Positions 1 to 7,914 of a stretch of 64,000 nt of DNA are shown here, one piece after another. The notes under the pieces were generated by a model that was not told the DNA's origin, did no database searches, and saw nothing but the letters and a program-made list of their open reading frames with translations. Made by a program: the position numbers and the translations under genes. The DNA comes from an uncultured Planctomycetia bacterium. Lineage in GTDB: Bacteria > Omnitrophota > Gorgyraeia > Pluralincolimonadales > Pluralincolimonadaceae. The stretch lies in contig CAZYUB010000009.1 in NCBI GenBank assembly GCA_964650515.1, forward strand, positions 25,093 through 89,092. The letters run 5' to 3'. Positions within the stretch are counted from its first letter, which is position 1, and each line of letters begins with the position of its first letter.

Positions 1-310
1 CTGCAGGACGGTCAAGATATACGATGTCGGCGTCGCCGGCCTGCACAGGATCGTCGGGAATATCCCCTTGATAAAGAGGTCTAAGGTCATAATCGTCGTC
101 GCCGGCATGGAAGGGGCCCTCGCATCGATAATCGGCGGCCTCGCCGCCTGCCCCGTCATCGCGGTGCCGACATCGGTCGGATACGGCGCTTCTTTCGCGG
201 GGCTCTCGCCGCTGCTGACGATGTTGAACTCATGCGCGCCCGGCGTATGCGTTATGAATATAGATAACGGGTTCGGCGCAGGTTATTTTGCGGGGCTCAT
301 AAACAGATGA
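1..310 (+). CDS. larB: Nickel-pincer cofactor biosynthesis protein LarB, C-terminal part (PurE/AIR-carboxylase-like), 5' partial
   Basis: The frame is open from position 2; translation ...[74 protein letters not shown]... matches the PurE-like C-terminus of LarB. Lies immediately upstream of larC. Confidence 0.6.
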   Translation, partial: CRTVKIYDVGVAGLHRIVGNIPLIKRSKVIIVVAGMEGALASIIGGLAACPVIAVPTSVGYGASFAGLSPLLTMLNSCAPGVCVMNIDNGFGAGYFAGLINR

Positions 311-1530
311 AGATACTCCGCCTTGATTGCCAGAGCGGCATAAGCGGCGACATGTTCATAGGCGCGCTGGCAGGATGCGGCCTCGACATGGGGCGGCTCG
401 CGTCGGGACTGCGTAAGATGAAGATAGGGAAGTACCGCATATCCGCCCGCAAGGTCAGGCGTTCCGGTATAGCGGGCGTCAAGTTCGACGTGGAATATGA
501 GAAGCACCACGGCCATGAACACACGCAGGAGAAGACCTTCGCGGGCATCTCGCGCGCGATAAGGGCTTCAGGGCTTTCCGCCCGCGTGAAGGATATGTCT
601 ATTGCGGTATTTACGAACCTCGCGAAAGCCGAGGCGAAAGCGCATGGCACAATCCCCGCAAAGGTCCACTTCCACGAGGTCGGGGATATCGATTCCGTGG
701 TCGATATTGTCGGCGCGTGCATAGGCATGGAAGCGCTCGGTATCGAGCGCGTATTCGCGTCCAATATCGTTTCGGGGTCGGGTACCGTCCTCGTGCACGG
801 AGCGGTATTCCCGAACCCCGCTCCTGCTACCGCGTACCTGCTGGAAGGGTTCGATATAACCATAGAGGACCTTCCTTTTGAACTCATAACGCCCACGGGA
901 GCCGCGATACTCAAGACGTTCTCCGCAGCGCGGGTTTCCGGGAATATCCCCGGATGCCGGATACTGAGGTCGGGTTACGGCGCCGGGTCTCTCGAGATAC
1001 CGGGGCACGCTAACCTGCTGAGGGCGATGCTGTGCGAGACGGCGGCAGAAGACATCGCAGGCGGGCCTCGCGACGCGTGCGTTGCAGTGCTCGAGACGAA
1101 CATTGACGACATGAACCCGCAGGTATATGGCTACCTTATGGATAAGCTTCTCGATGCCGGCGCGCTCGACGTATACGCGACGCCCGTCATAATGAAAAAA
1201 TCACGCCCCGGATGCGTGCTTACCGTCATCGCTGAAAAAAACAAAGCGCAACGTTTATCGGAAATTATATTCGAAGAAACGCCGACATTCGGCATCAGGC
1301 GCCACGATGCCGAAAGGACCGTACTCGGCCGTAAAATAGTTGAAGTAAACACAAAATATGGTAATATAAGGGTGAAGCTTGGCTTCAGCAACAGGAAGCT
1401 AATAACGGTTTCTCCGGAATTTGACGATTGCGCAAAAGCCGCAAAAAAGGCGAAGGTGCCGTTCGCGCGCGTAAGGCGCGAGGCCTTCGACGCGGCGCGA
1501 AAAGATAAGGGGGAGAAAGTCGGGCTTTGA
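307..1530 (+). CDS. larC: Nickel insertion protein LarC (pyridinium-3,5-bisthiocarboxylate mononucleotide nickel chelatase, DUF111 family)
   Basis: 407 aa. N-terminus [16 protein letters not shown] is the typical LarC/DUF111 start; expected length; overlaps larB by 4 nt. Confidence 0.8.
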   Translation: MKILRLDCQSGISGDMFIGALAGCGLDMGRLASGLRKMKIGKYRISARKVRRSGIAGVKFDVEYEKHHGHEHTQEKTFAGISRAIRASGLSARVKDMSIAVFTNLAKAEAKAHGTIPAKVHFHEVGDIDSVVDIVGACIGMEALGIERVFASNIVSGSGTVLVHGAVFPNPAPATAYLLEGFDITIEDLPFELITPTGAAILKTFSAARVSGNIPGCRILRSGYGAGSLEIPGHANLLRAMLCETAAEDIAGGPRDACVAVLETNIDDMNPQVYGYLMDKLLDAGALDVYATPVIMKKSRPGCVLTVIAEKNKAQRLSEIIFEETPTFGIRRHDAERTVLGRKIVEVNTKYGNIRVKLGFSNRKLITVSPEFDDCAKAAKKAKVPFARVRREAFDAARKDKGEKVGL

Positions 1531-3236
1531 TCAATAGAAGCAGGCTAATAGGCGAATACCTCAGGTCGATCGGGATACTCGACGAATCGCAGCTGAAGAG
1601 CGTCCTGAAATCCCAGTTGGAATCCGGCAGCCGCCTTTCCGAAGTCCTGAGCGGCATTGGCTTCATGCAGACCGAACAGCTTAGGGACCTCATCGTCCAG
1701 GAATTCTCCCTGGTCCGCGCGCCTATCTTCGACATGGAGATACCGTTCGATATCCTCTCAAAGATAAAACCAGCGGTAGCATACCGCCATAAGATGATCC
1801 CGCTGAAATTCGAGAACGGTATTCTGACCGTAGCCACCGATGACCCGCTCAACCTTCTTGCCCAGGACAACCTCGAATCATTTACCGGCGTGAAGCTCGA
1901 TTTCATCCTGAGTTCGGAGACGAACGTCAATATAGCGCTCGAAAAACATTACGGCGGCAGCAAGAACATCCTCGACGCGGTCGCGCAGAAGCAGGACGAT
2001 TCCGCCTCGGTCTCCTTCAAGGGAGTGGCAGGCGAGGTCGTAAAGGAAGAGCAGAAGGACGAAGCGCCGATAATCAAGCTTGTTACCCAGATAATATCGG
2101 AAGCCGTCAAGAACCGCGCGTCGGATATCCACGTTGAGCCGCTCGAAGACAAGTTCCGCGTGAGGTACAGGATAGACGGTGTATTGCACGAAGTGCCGGG
2201 CCCGCCTAAACAGCTGCAGCCTTCGATACTCAGCCGCCTGAAGATCATGGCCGGCATGAACATCGCCGAGAAGAGGCTGCCGCAGGACGGAAGGATAAGG
2301 ATCCAGGGCATGGGCAAGGACCTCGACTTGCGCGTCTCGACGCTGCCGGCGCTGTATGGCGAGAGCATCGTCATGAGGATCCTCGATAAGTCGAGCTTCA
2401 TGCTCGGCCTCGCGGAGTTGGGTTTTCTCCATGAGGACGCCGACACATTCGAGAAGCTCATCCATCTCCCTTACGGGATGTTGCTTATCACCGGCCCAAC
2501 CGGAAGCGGCAAGACGACTACGCTCTATGCCGCGCTGAGTTATATTAATAAGCCGAACAAGAAACTCATCACAGTCGAGGACCCGGTCGAGTACCAGATA
2601 TCCGGCATCAACCAGGTCCATGTGCGGCCGTCGATCGGGCTCACTTTCGCTTCCGGCCTCAGGACGATGCTCAGGCAGGCGCCCGACGTCATAATGGTCG
2701 GTGAGATCCGTGACTTCGAGACCGGTTCCATCGCGATCCAGGCCGCCCTTACCGGCCATCTGCTCTTCTCCACCCTGCATACGAATGATGCTGCCGGCGC
2801 GTTCACGCGCCTTATAGATATGGGAGTCAAATCATACCTTGTCAGTTCCACGGTCCAGGCGGTCATGGCGCAAAGGCTCGTGCGAAAGATCTGCCAAAAC
2901 TGCAAGGAGCCGTATAAGCCGACGATCGAGGAATTGTATGTGCTCGGATATAAGCCGGGAGACCCGAAGGCGGAAGAGCTCCAACTGTCCAAGGGCAAAG
3001 GATGCAAGATGTGCAACTATACCGGATATAAGGGAAGGATAGGGATATTCGAGCTCCTCGTCAACAATGACGAGATACGCGAGATGGTCGTCAAGAGGCT
3101 CTCCTCATACGAAATACGCGACGCCGCTCGCAGGAACGGCATGAAGCTGTTAAGGGAAGACGGCCTCAACAAGGTCAGGGAAGGCATTACTACGATATCC
3201 GAGGTCGTGCGCATCACGCACGGTTACGAGGAATAG
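1527..3236 (+). CDS. gspE: Type II secretion/type IV pilus assembly ATPase (GspE/PilB family) with N-terminal GSPII_E_N domain, paralog 1
   Basis: 569 aa. Walker A GPTGSGKTTT, Asp box, His box LHTNDAAG, tetracysteine CQNC...CKMC zinc motif, N1 domain present. Confidence 0.9.
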   Translation: MINRSRLIGEYLRSIGILDESQLKSVLKSQLESGSRLSEVLSGIGFMQTEQLRDLIVQEFSLVRAPIFDMEIPFDILSKIKPAVAYRHKMIPLKFENGILTVATDDPLNLLAQDNLESFTGVKLDFILSSETNVNIALEKHYGGSKNILDAVAQKQDDSASVSFKGVAGEVVKEEQKDEAPIIKLVTQIISEAVKNRASDIHVEPLEDKFRVRYRIDGVLHEVPGPPKQLQPSILSRLKIMAGMNIAEKRLPQDGRIRIQGMGKDLDLRVSTLPALYGESIVMRILDKSSFMLGLAELGFLHEDADTFEKLIHLPYGMLLITGPTGSGKTTTLYAALSYINKPNKKLITVEDPVEYQISGINQVHVRPSIGLTFASGLRTMLRQAPDVIMVGEIRDFETGSIAIQAALTGHLLFSTLHTNDAAGAFTRLIDMGVKSYLVSSTVQAVMAQRLVRKICQNCKEPYKPTIEELYVLGYKPGDPKAEELQLSKGKGCKMCNYTGYKGRIGIFELLVNNDEIREMVVKRLSSYEIRDAARRNGMKLLREDGLNKVREGITTISEVVRITHGYEE

Positions 3237-3238
3237 GT

Positions 3239-4972
3239 ATGGCTACCGAAAAAGACCAGCCGAAGCAGGAAAAATACAAGAGGATAGGGCAGCTGCTGCT
3301 CGACAAGAAGATGATAAATGAGCACCAGCTCGAGCAGGCACTCGAAGAGCAGAAGCTTACCGGAAAGCTGCTCGGAAGGATCTTCGTCGACATGGGCGTC
3401 GTGAAGGAGGACGATATCCTGCAGTTGCTCGGCGCGAGGTCGGGCTTCTCGGTCATAAAGCTCAAGGACATGAAGATCCCGAGGGAGGTCATCGATAAGG
3501 TCCCGGCTTCCGTCGCGAAGATATACACCATAATGCCGATCTCGGTTGAAGGCAACCAGCTCTCTATCGCGATAGCCGATCCGCTCAACGTCGCCGCGTT
3601 CGACGACCTGAGGTTCACGCTCGGCATGAACATAAAAGGCGTCGTCGCCAGCGACGAAGAGATAAAAGAGCAGATACAGAGGTATTACGGTTCCGAGGGC
3701 GAGACGATACAGGACGTGCTCGGTGTCTTCGGTGAGAAGATGGAGCTTGTCCCGGTCGGCGAAGAGGTTAACGACATCGCGACACTTCAGGAACTCGCGT
3801 CGCGCGCGCCCGTCATAAAACTCCTGAACATGATACTGCTTCAGGGCGTCAAGGAGAAGGCATCCGACATCCATTTCGAGCCGTTCGAACAGGATTACCG
3901 CATAAGGTATAGGGTCGACGGAGTGCTTTACGAAGTCGCGCGCCCTCCTAAAAATTTGAGTTTAGGCCTCTCATCCAGGATAAAAGTCATGGCGAACCTC
4001 GATATAGCCGAAAGGCGCCTGCCGCAGGATGGCCGTATAATGGTCACGATAGAAGGCAAGAGCGTCGACCTGCGTATCTCGACGCTGCCGACGATATTCG
4101 GCGAAAGCGTCGTCATGAGGGTCCTCGACAGGACTACCGTCAGTTTGTCGATAGATGAGGTCGGCATGCTCGACGACACAAAAAAGAAGATTCGTTCGAT
4201 AATACAGAAGCCAAACGGCATTTTCCTGGCGACGGGGCCGACCGGCTGCGGCAAGACGACGACGCTCTACGGGTGCATGAAAGAGATAAACAAGATAGAA
4301 TATAAGGTTATCACTACAGAAGACCCCGTAGAGTACGACCTGAAGGGCGTCATTCAGGTGCCTATCAACGCGAAGATAGGCCTCACGTTCGCGTCTTCAC
4401 TGCGCCATATATTGAGGCAGGACCCGGATATAATCATGGTCGGTGAGATAAGGGACGCCGAGACCGCGCAGATCGCGATACAAGCGTCGCTGACGGGCCA
4501 TCTCGTATTTTCCACCCTGCACACGAACGACGCCGCGGGAACGATAACGAGGCTTGTCGACATGGGCGTGGAGCCGTTCCTCGTAACATCCACGCTTGAG
4601 GCGGTCCTCGCGCAGAGGCTTGTCAGGAAGATATGCGCGTTCTGCAAGGAAGAGTATACGCCCGAGCCGGAGATCATCGCGGACCTCGGCATCAAGCCCG
4701 AAGAGGTAAAGTCGTATAAATTTTATAAGGGGGCCGGATGTGTGAAGTGCAACAATTCGGGATACAAAGGGAGGACCGGCATATACGAGCTCCTGATATT
4801 GAACGAGAAGATCCGCCAGCTTGTCATAGAAAGGGCGCATACCGCCCTTATAAAGAATGCCGCCATAGAGAGCGGCATGAAGACCCTGCTGCAAGACGGG
4901 CTTGATAAGATCAACGCGGGGATCACTAGCGTCGAGGAGGTATTGAAGGAAGCCCAGACCTCGATATTGTAG
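3239..4972 (+). CDS. gspE: Second tandem GspE/PilB-family secretion ATPase, paralog 2 (full length, with N1 domain)
   Basis: 577 aa. GPTGCGKTTT Walker A, LHTNDAAG, CAFC...CVKC tetracysteine motif. ~45% identical to paralog 1 by eye. Confidence 0.9.
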   Translation: MATEKDQPKQEKYKRIGQLLLDKKMINEHQLEQALEEQKLTGKLLGRIFVDMGVVKEDDILQLLGARSGFSVIKLKDMKIPREVIDKVPASVAKIYTIMPISVEGNQLSIAIADPLNVAAFDDLRFTLGMNIKGVVASDEEIKEQIQRYYGSEGETIQDVLGVFGEKMELVPVGEEVNDIATLQELASRAPVIKLLNMILLQGVKEKASDIHFEPFEQDYRIRYRVDGVLYEVARPPKNLSLGLSSRIKVMANLDIAERRLPQDGRIMVTIEGKSVDLRISTLPTIFGESVVMRVLDRTTVSLSIDEVGMLDDTKKKIRSIIQKPNGIFLATGPTGCGKTTTLYGCMKEINKIEYKVITTEDPVEYDLKGVIQVPINAKIGLTFASSLRHILRQDPDIIMVGEIRDAETAQIAIQASLTGHLVFSTLHTNDAAGTITRLVDMGVEPFLVTSTLEAVLAQRLVRKICAFCKEEYTPEPEIIADLGIKPEEVKSYKFYKGAGCVKCNNSGYKGRTGIYELLILNEKIRQLVIERAHTALIKNAAIESGMKTLLQDGLDKINAGITSVEEVLKEAQTSIL

Positions 4973-4979
4973 TTTTTTG

Positions 4980-5000
4980 CGCCTTTGACAAAGGCGTTTT
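4980..5000 (+). terminator. Weak intrinsic-terminator-like hairpin (6 bp stem cgcctt/aaggcg, 5 nt loop) followed by TTTT
   Basis: Read directly in the gspE2-gspF intergenic region; also preceded by a T6 tract. Confidence 0.3.
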
Positions 5001-5013
5001 CATAGGGTATATT
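4985..5013 (+). promoter_or_regulatory. Sigma70-like promoter TTGACA-N17-TATATT upstream of gspF
   Basis: TTGACA at 4985-4990, 17 nt spacer, TATATT at 5008-5013, 28 nt before the gspF ATG. The -35 hexamer sits in the loop of the hairpin. Confidence 0.35.
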
Positions 5014-5041
5014 TATATTATAGATTAAGGGAGAACAGGTT

Positions 5042-6307
5042 ATGGCAATATTCAACTACGTCGCTATAGACAAGGACGGCAAGGAGACAAAAGGCAGGCT
5101 CGAGGTAGCCGGGAACCAGGAAGCTATGGACCAGATCCGGCAGAAGGGCCTATACCCTATTAGCATAACCGAGGAGAAGTCGAAGTCGGATATGCCCTCC
5201 TCGAGGGGAAGGGAGGGGTCGGCGGACGTGAAACCCGCAAGGTCCGGCATGACGATCTCATTCGGCAGGGTCAGCGCGAAGCAGGTGACGATATTCACAA
5301 GGCAGCTGGCAACGCTTATAGGGTCCGGCCTGCCGCTCGTCCGCGCGCTATATGTCCTTGAAAGGCAGGAAAAAGCCGGACTGTTGAAGGCGACGATACG
5401 CGGCCTCGCAGAGCAGGTAGAGGGAGGAAGCTCGTTCTCAGAAGCGCTTTCAAAGTTCCCGAGGGCGTTCGAGCCGTTGTATGTCAATACCGTGAAAGCG
5501 GGCGAAGCGGGCGGCGTCCTTGAGGTCGTATTGACGCGACTCGCTGAGTTCGCGGAGAAATCCCAGAGGTTGGAAGGCAGGATCAAATCCGCGATGATAT
5601 ACCCCGCGCTCGTTCTCACCATGGCTTTATCGGTCCTTGGCTTCCTTATAACGTTCATCGTCCCGAAGTTCCTGCAGATATTCAAGGAAATGAACGTGGA
5701 GTTGCCCGTTATGACAAAAGTGCTCCTCGTCGTCAGCGATTTCGCGAAGAGCAAATGGTATATAGGCCTCGCATTGATAGGATTGGGCATAATGCTCTTT
5801 AATATACTGTACAGGCTGCCCGCGACGAAACTTCTGATAGACAAGGCCAAGCTTGAGATACCCGTTATGGGCCAACTCGTAAGGAAGATAGCCATAGCGC
5901 GTTTCTCGAGGACCCTCGGCACGCTGCTCTCCAGCGGCGTCCCGATATTGCAATCGCTCATGGTCGCCAAGGATACGACAGGCAACGAAGCGATGGCGCG
6001 CTCGATCGTAGTTGTCCATGACGCGGTAAGGGAAGGCGAGACGGTCGCGAAGCCGCTGCTGAAGGCAGGGCTCTTCCCCGCGATGGCGGTAAATATGATC
6101 TCGGTAGGCGAGGAGACGGGCGCCCTGGACCAGATGCTCCTCAAAGTCGCAGACGTATATGATGAAGAGGTCGATGTCACCGTAACCGGCCTCATGTCCA
6201 TACTTGAACCGTTCTTGATCATCGGGCTGGGCCTCATAGTAGGTTTCATAGTCATCGCTATGTTCCTGCCGCTGTTCCAGCTCGTAACCGCGCTAGGAGG
6301 TGGTTAA
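5042..6307 (+). CDS. gspF: Type II secretion inner-membrane platform protein GspF/PilC
   Basis: 421 aa. Two T2SSF repeats (…LATLIGSGLPLVRAL…/…LGTLLSSGVPILQSL…) and three TM segments. Confidence 0.9.
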   Translation: MAIFNYVAIDKDGKETKGRLEVAGNQEAMDQIRQKGLYPISITEEKSKSDMPSSRGREGSADVKPARSGMTISFGRVSAKQVTIFTRQLATLIGSGLPLVRALYVLERQEKAGLLKATIRGLAEQVEGGSSFSEALSKFPRAFEPLYVNTVKAGEAGGVLEVVLTRLAEFAEKSQRLEGRIKSAMIYPALVLTMALSVLGFLITFIVPKFLQIFKEMNVELPVMTKVLLVVSDFAKSKWYIGLALIGLGIMLFNILYRLPATKLLIDKAKLEIPVMGQLVRKIAIARFSRTLGTLLSSGVPILQSLMVAKDTTGNEAMARSIVVVHDAVREGETVAKPLLKAGLFPAMAVNMISVGEETGALDQMLLKVADVYDEEVDVTVTGLMSILEPFLIIGLGLIVGFIVIAMFLPLFQLVTALGGG

Positions 6308-6308
6308 A

Positions 6309-6797
6309 ATGAGGAAGGGTAAAAAGGGATTTACGATAATAGAACTCATAGTCGTCATGACGATAATAATGATGCTCGCGGGGCTTGTCGCGGCGGCCGC
6401 GTCTACGGCGAGGCAGCGCGCGTTGATAGCGCGCACACGCGCAATGATAGCGGGCATCGAGACGGGGATAGGCATGTTCCAGTCGGACCTGGGAGGCTAT
6501 CCGTCCGACTCTGCTAATACAGACTTGTATAATTGCCTCATGACAAGCACCAGCGGTAGCTATGAGATCGGGACCCGCACTTTAGCGGTCTCTACCAACA
6601 CGAACTGGGCAGGGCCGTACATGACATTCAAGGATAACGACCTTACGGGCGGCAATAGAGTAATAGACGCGTGGGGGACGGTATTTTTATATACAAATCC
6701 CGACACGTCGCACGGCGGCTCGTATGTCGACATAAGGTCTGCCGGGCCCGACAGGACTTACGGCAACACCGACGACATAACGAACTGGACGAGATAA
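6309..6797 (+). CDS. gspG: T2SS major pseudopilin GspG
   Basis: Prepilin signal KKG|FTIIELIVV with Glu+5. C-terminal DAWG…Y…DIRSAGPDRTYGNTDDITNW matches the GspG Ca-site region (DPWG…DIFSLGPDG…DDI.NW). RBS AGGAGG 8 nt before the ATG at 6309; the upstream GTG at 6300 is rejected. Confidence 0.85.
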   Translation: MRKGKKGFTIIELIVVMTIIMMLAGLVAAAASTARQRALIARTRAMIAGIETGIGMFQSDLGGYPSDSANTDLYNCLMTSTSGSYEIGTRTLAVSTNTNWAGPYMTFKDNDLTGGNRVIDAWGTVFLYTNPDTSHGGSYVDIRSAGPDRTYGNTDDITNWTR

Positions 6798-6821
6798 TAA
6801 GGTCTTAGCAGGGGGGATGAG

Positions 6822-7175
6822 ATGAAAAGGAGCGGTTTCACCCTCATTGAGATCGTCATCGCGCTGGCCATCCTGGCTGTCGGCCTCGTGGGGATCCTTT
6901 CACTCTTTCCCATCGGTTTTGATTCCGCGAGAAGGTCCGTCAGCGCGACGCAGGCGACCATATTCGCGAACGAACATCTCGACGAGCTGAAGAACAGCGG
7001 CTTTCCCGCGCTCGGCTCCACCTCCGGCACATTCGCAGACCCCGCATATTCATGGACCCAGACGATATCGACGACCACGGTAAACGACCTCAGGCAGGTC
7101 ATCTGCACCGTAAGCTGGGGCCAGGGCAACAGGACATTCCAGAGGGCATTCACTACAAATGTCGCTAACAGGTAG
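6822..7175 (+). CDS. Minor pseudopilin, GspI-like size (117 aa)
   Basis: Class III signal peptide MKRSG|FTLIEIVIAL with Glu+5; small size typical of GspI. Confidence 0.65.
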   Translation: MKRSGFTLIEIVIALAILAVGLVGILSLFPIGFDSARRSVSATQATIFANEHLDELKNSGFPALGSTSGTFADPAYSWTQTISTTTVNDLRQVICTVSWGQGNRTFQRAFTTNVANR

Positions 7176-7914
7176 AAGGCGCATAACCGGCAGGGCCGGG
7201 CTCACTCTCGTCGAGATACTCGTCGTCGCGGTGATATTCACTATCCTGGTCCTCGCGCTTTTTACCGTCTTCAGGGGCGCGCTTGATTCATGGCGCAAGT
7301 CCGAGACGCTCCTCGACATGTACCAGAACACGAGGTTTACTTTCGAGCTTATGCGCAAGGAGATACCGGCATCGGTGCTCTACCAGGGGTCCAACAACAC
7401 CGCCTACTGGACGAAGTTCGAGGGCAACGACAGCGGGAGCGCCGCGATAATAAAGACAAATTCGGTAGGCGACGAACTTTTCTTCGTCGCGCCGGTCGCC
7501 GGCAACCCCGGGGACCAGGACCTCTGCGAGGTCGGGTATTGGTTGCGCAACGATAACTGCCTCATGAGACATTTCGAATATTACGACGGCAGCACGGTGC
7601 CGGTGGCCTACGATTTCGCCGTCAATAACGCCGGCACGACGTCGGCCGATGTAATCGCGCGCAACGTATCGGCGATCAGTTTTGTTTACTATTACAGGAA
7701 CGCCGTGGGCGCGGTGCCGTCGGCAACGGCAACGAGCTGGGACTCAAGCACCGACACGCTGACCGGCGGTAACCAGAATATTGATTCCTCCGGCAACGCG
7801 CTCATACCGGACGGTTTGCCCGAAGCGGTAGAGGTCTCCCTGACCGTCCAGAGCAGGGACGGCCTTCAGCAGAAGACGTTCACGGATTTCATCCTAATTC
7901 CGGGTGCAAGATGA
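7159..7914 (+). CDS. Minor pseudopilin, GspJ/GspH-like (251 aa)
   Basis: Prepilin-type N-terminus …GRAG|LTLVEILVVAVIFTIL with Glu+5, preceded by a basic leader. Confidence 0.6.
   Translation: MSLTGRRRITGRAGLTLVEILVVAVIFTILVLALFTVFRGALDSWRKSETLLDMYQNTRFTFELMRKEIPASVLYQGSNNTAYWTKFEGNDSGSAAIIKTNSVGDELFFVAPVAGNPGDQDLCEVGYWLRNDNCLMRHFEYYDGSTVPVAYDFAVNNAGTTSADVIARNVSAISFVYYYRNAVGAVPSATATSWDSSTDTLTGGNQNIDSSGNALIPDGLPEAVEVSLTVQSRDGLQQKTFTDFILIPGAR

Noticed and set aside
6300-6308. GTG at 6300 as the gspG start (ORF-track start)
   Set aside because: It overlaps the AGGAGG RBS and the gspF stop. The ATG at 6309 is 8 nt downstream of the RBS and yields the standard MRKGKKG|FT prepilin leader.
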